DNA of 64,000 nucleotides from Opitutales bacterium (GTDB lineage Bacteria; Verrucomicrobiota; Verrucomicrobiia; Opitutales; JABSRG01), in contig JBMYOQ010000009.1 in NCBI GenBank assembly GCA_049599475.1, positions 1 to 64,000 on the forward strand. The letters are read 5' to 3'. Below, piece by piece: positions 62,676-64,000 of this stretch. The notes below the pieces were generated by a model that saw nothing but the letters and a program-made list of their open reading frames with translations, was not told the origin of the DNA and searched no databases. Within the stretch, counting starts at the first letter, position 1. Every line of letters begins with the position of its first letter. Made by a program: the position numbers and the translations under genes.

Positions 62676-63435
62676 CTGAACTCTCAAAGACATCGTGGCC
62701 AAAGACCTGTTTCAATATGGCATCCATATCTTCGGCTAAGGGACATTCAATGTATAATTCTTCATCCGTTTTGGGATGATTGAAACGCACGCTGCGCGCG
62801 GCTAGCATCAGCCTTTTGCAATCAAAGTTCTCTCGGAAGAACAAATTGTGTGCGCCATCACCATAGCGCGTGTCGCCGATCAATGGATGATTTTCCCGAG
62901 TCAAGTGACGTCGGATCTGGTGAGTCCGCCCTGTTTTGGGGTAGGCTTTCACCAGGCTATAGCGCGCAGTCTCATATTTGCCAACGGGATGCTGGAGCTC
63001 GATCCGCCGCATAGGCTCTACTAGTGTGAGCGCATCCTGAAGCTTCTGCTCTTTTTCCTTACCAGGCTCAGGGTAGACTTGGTTTTTGTCCAATTCGCTA
63101 TCGATCTCCATGGGTTCAAGGACCCACCCACGCACCAGTGCCCAGTATTCCTTGATAGCTGACCGTTCGCTAAGTTGCTGGTAAATGGAGGCAGCTGATT
63201 CTTTGCTGAGGGCAAATAGCAAGATGCCAGAAGTAGGGCGATCCAAGCGATGAATCGGGTAAATGTGCTTCTGCAGCTGATCTCTCACAATCTGGAGCGC
63301 TGCGGTGTCGGCATCTTGAGCTAAACTGCTGCGATGTACCAACAGGCCCGAGGGCTTGTGGACAGCGACAAAAGTCTCGTCTTCGTATAGAATCGGGAGC
63401 GCGTCTGGCGGCTCGGTCGGGTTTATAGGTTCCAA
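62668..63435 (-). CDS. truC: TruC/RluA-family pseudouridine synthase
   Basis: KPSGLLVHRS, HRLDRPTSG, TGRTHQIRRH, GDTRYGDG. Confidence 0.85.
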   Translation of the reverse strand: MEPINPTEPPDALPILYEDETFVAVHKPSGLLVHRSSLAQDADTAALQIVRDQLQKHIYPIHRLDRPTSGILLFALSKESAASIYQQLSERSAIKEYWALVRGWVLEPMEIDSELDKNQVYPEPGKEKEQKLQDALTLVEPMRRIELQHPVGKYETARYSLVKAYPKTGRTHQIRRHLTRENHPLIGDTRYGDGAHNLFFRENFDCKRLMLAARSVRFNHPKTDEELYIECPLAEDMDAILKQVFGHDVFESSDA

Positions 63436-63444
63436 GGTCGCAGT

Positions 63445-63999
63445 CTAGTAGCGGGCCATACCTGGCTCGATTTCGAGGGCCCAGGCTTCTATGCCGCCAG
63501 CCATGTTTGTTACCTTTTCAAGACCACTTTGCCTCAAGAACTGAGTCACCTGCAGACTCCGCCCTCCGTGATGACATTGGATCACATAGGTTTTGTCCTG
63601 AGAAAATTCTCCGACCTTTTCCGGCACCTCACCCATAGGGATTTTCGCACTACCTGCTATTTGACAAATATCGACTTCGAAGGGCTCACGCACGTCGACG
63701 AGCACGACTGAATCGTTCTCGATCCATGCCTTTGCTGTATGCACGTCGATCTCTAGAGGCGGGTTTTCAATTGAAGCATTCATACCCGAGACGCTTGCCG
63801 AGGCTGTTTCGACAGCGCAATTAAATTCGTAGTCTTCAGCGTCCAAAGACTTCATCCGCGGATTTTTCCCACAAACCGGGCAGTTCGGGTCTTTATGAAT
63901 ATGTAATTTATCAAAGGTCGAACCCCAGCTATCGATCAGGAGCAGGTCTCCTGTTCCATCATTGGGAGCCGATAACCCCGCGAGATATTTAATCGCCTC
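63445..63999 (-). CDS. moeB: MoeB/MoeZ adenylyltransferase-rhodanese fusion, 5' part outside window
   Basis: Frame open to window edge: EAIK...KDPNCPVCG followed by rhodanese DVRE...CHHGGRS. Confidence 0.88.
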   Translation of the reverse strand, partial: EAIKYLAGLSAPNDGTGDLLLIDSWGSTFDKLHIHKDPNCPVCGKNPRMKSLDAEDYEFNCAVETASASVSGMNASIENPPLEIDVHTAKAWIENDSVVLVDVREPFEVDICQIAGSAKIPMGEVPEKVGEFSQDKTYVIQCHHGGRSLQVTQFLRQSGLEKVTNMAGGIEAWALEIEPGMARY

Positions 64000-64000
64000 G

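Noticed and set aside
63445..63855. Stand-alone rhodanese
   Set aside because: The frame continues upstream into a MoeB C-terminus (CPVCG), so it is the end of moeB

Overview
Chromosomal window of a bacterium, probably Verrucomicrobiota (Opitutales/Puniceicoccaceae-like); this is inferred from the short ATP synthase delta subunit, the PPi-PFK and gnd types and the ECF/anti-sigma modules, not from a search. It holds a complete F-type ATP synthase operon (atpBEFHAGDC), rhomboid and Prc proteases, two ECF sigma/anti-sigma modules, NSS, MATE and SulP transporters, prmC, pfp, gndA, moaDE, a truC-like gene and a partial moeB. The main accessory element is a ~21 kb Wzy-type polysaccharide locus (33.1-54.0 kb). 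It encodes four sulfotransferases, Glf, a MurJ-type flippase, a split Wzc, a GNAT, a clan-A glycosidase with atypical catalytic motifs, a fasciclin and an FG-GAP propeller, and has three sigma54-like promoter motifs, suggesting a sulfated, Galf-containing exopolysaccharide/matrix system. Other observations: a thioredoxin-like (CPC...GC) protein coupled to a His-rich membrane chemoreceptor; an orphan YjjJ/HipA kinase without the N-terminal HTH; an unannotated 33-aa MetS-like peptide; a VOC-HD fusion; a HAD gene with an in-frame internal deletion; several REP/REPIN families including a nested MITE-like element; and a perfect 24-bp operator palindrome. No rRNA, tRNA, CRISPR array or transposase was seen.
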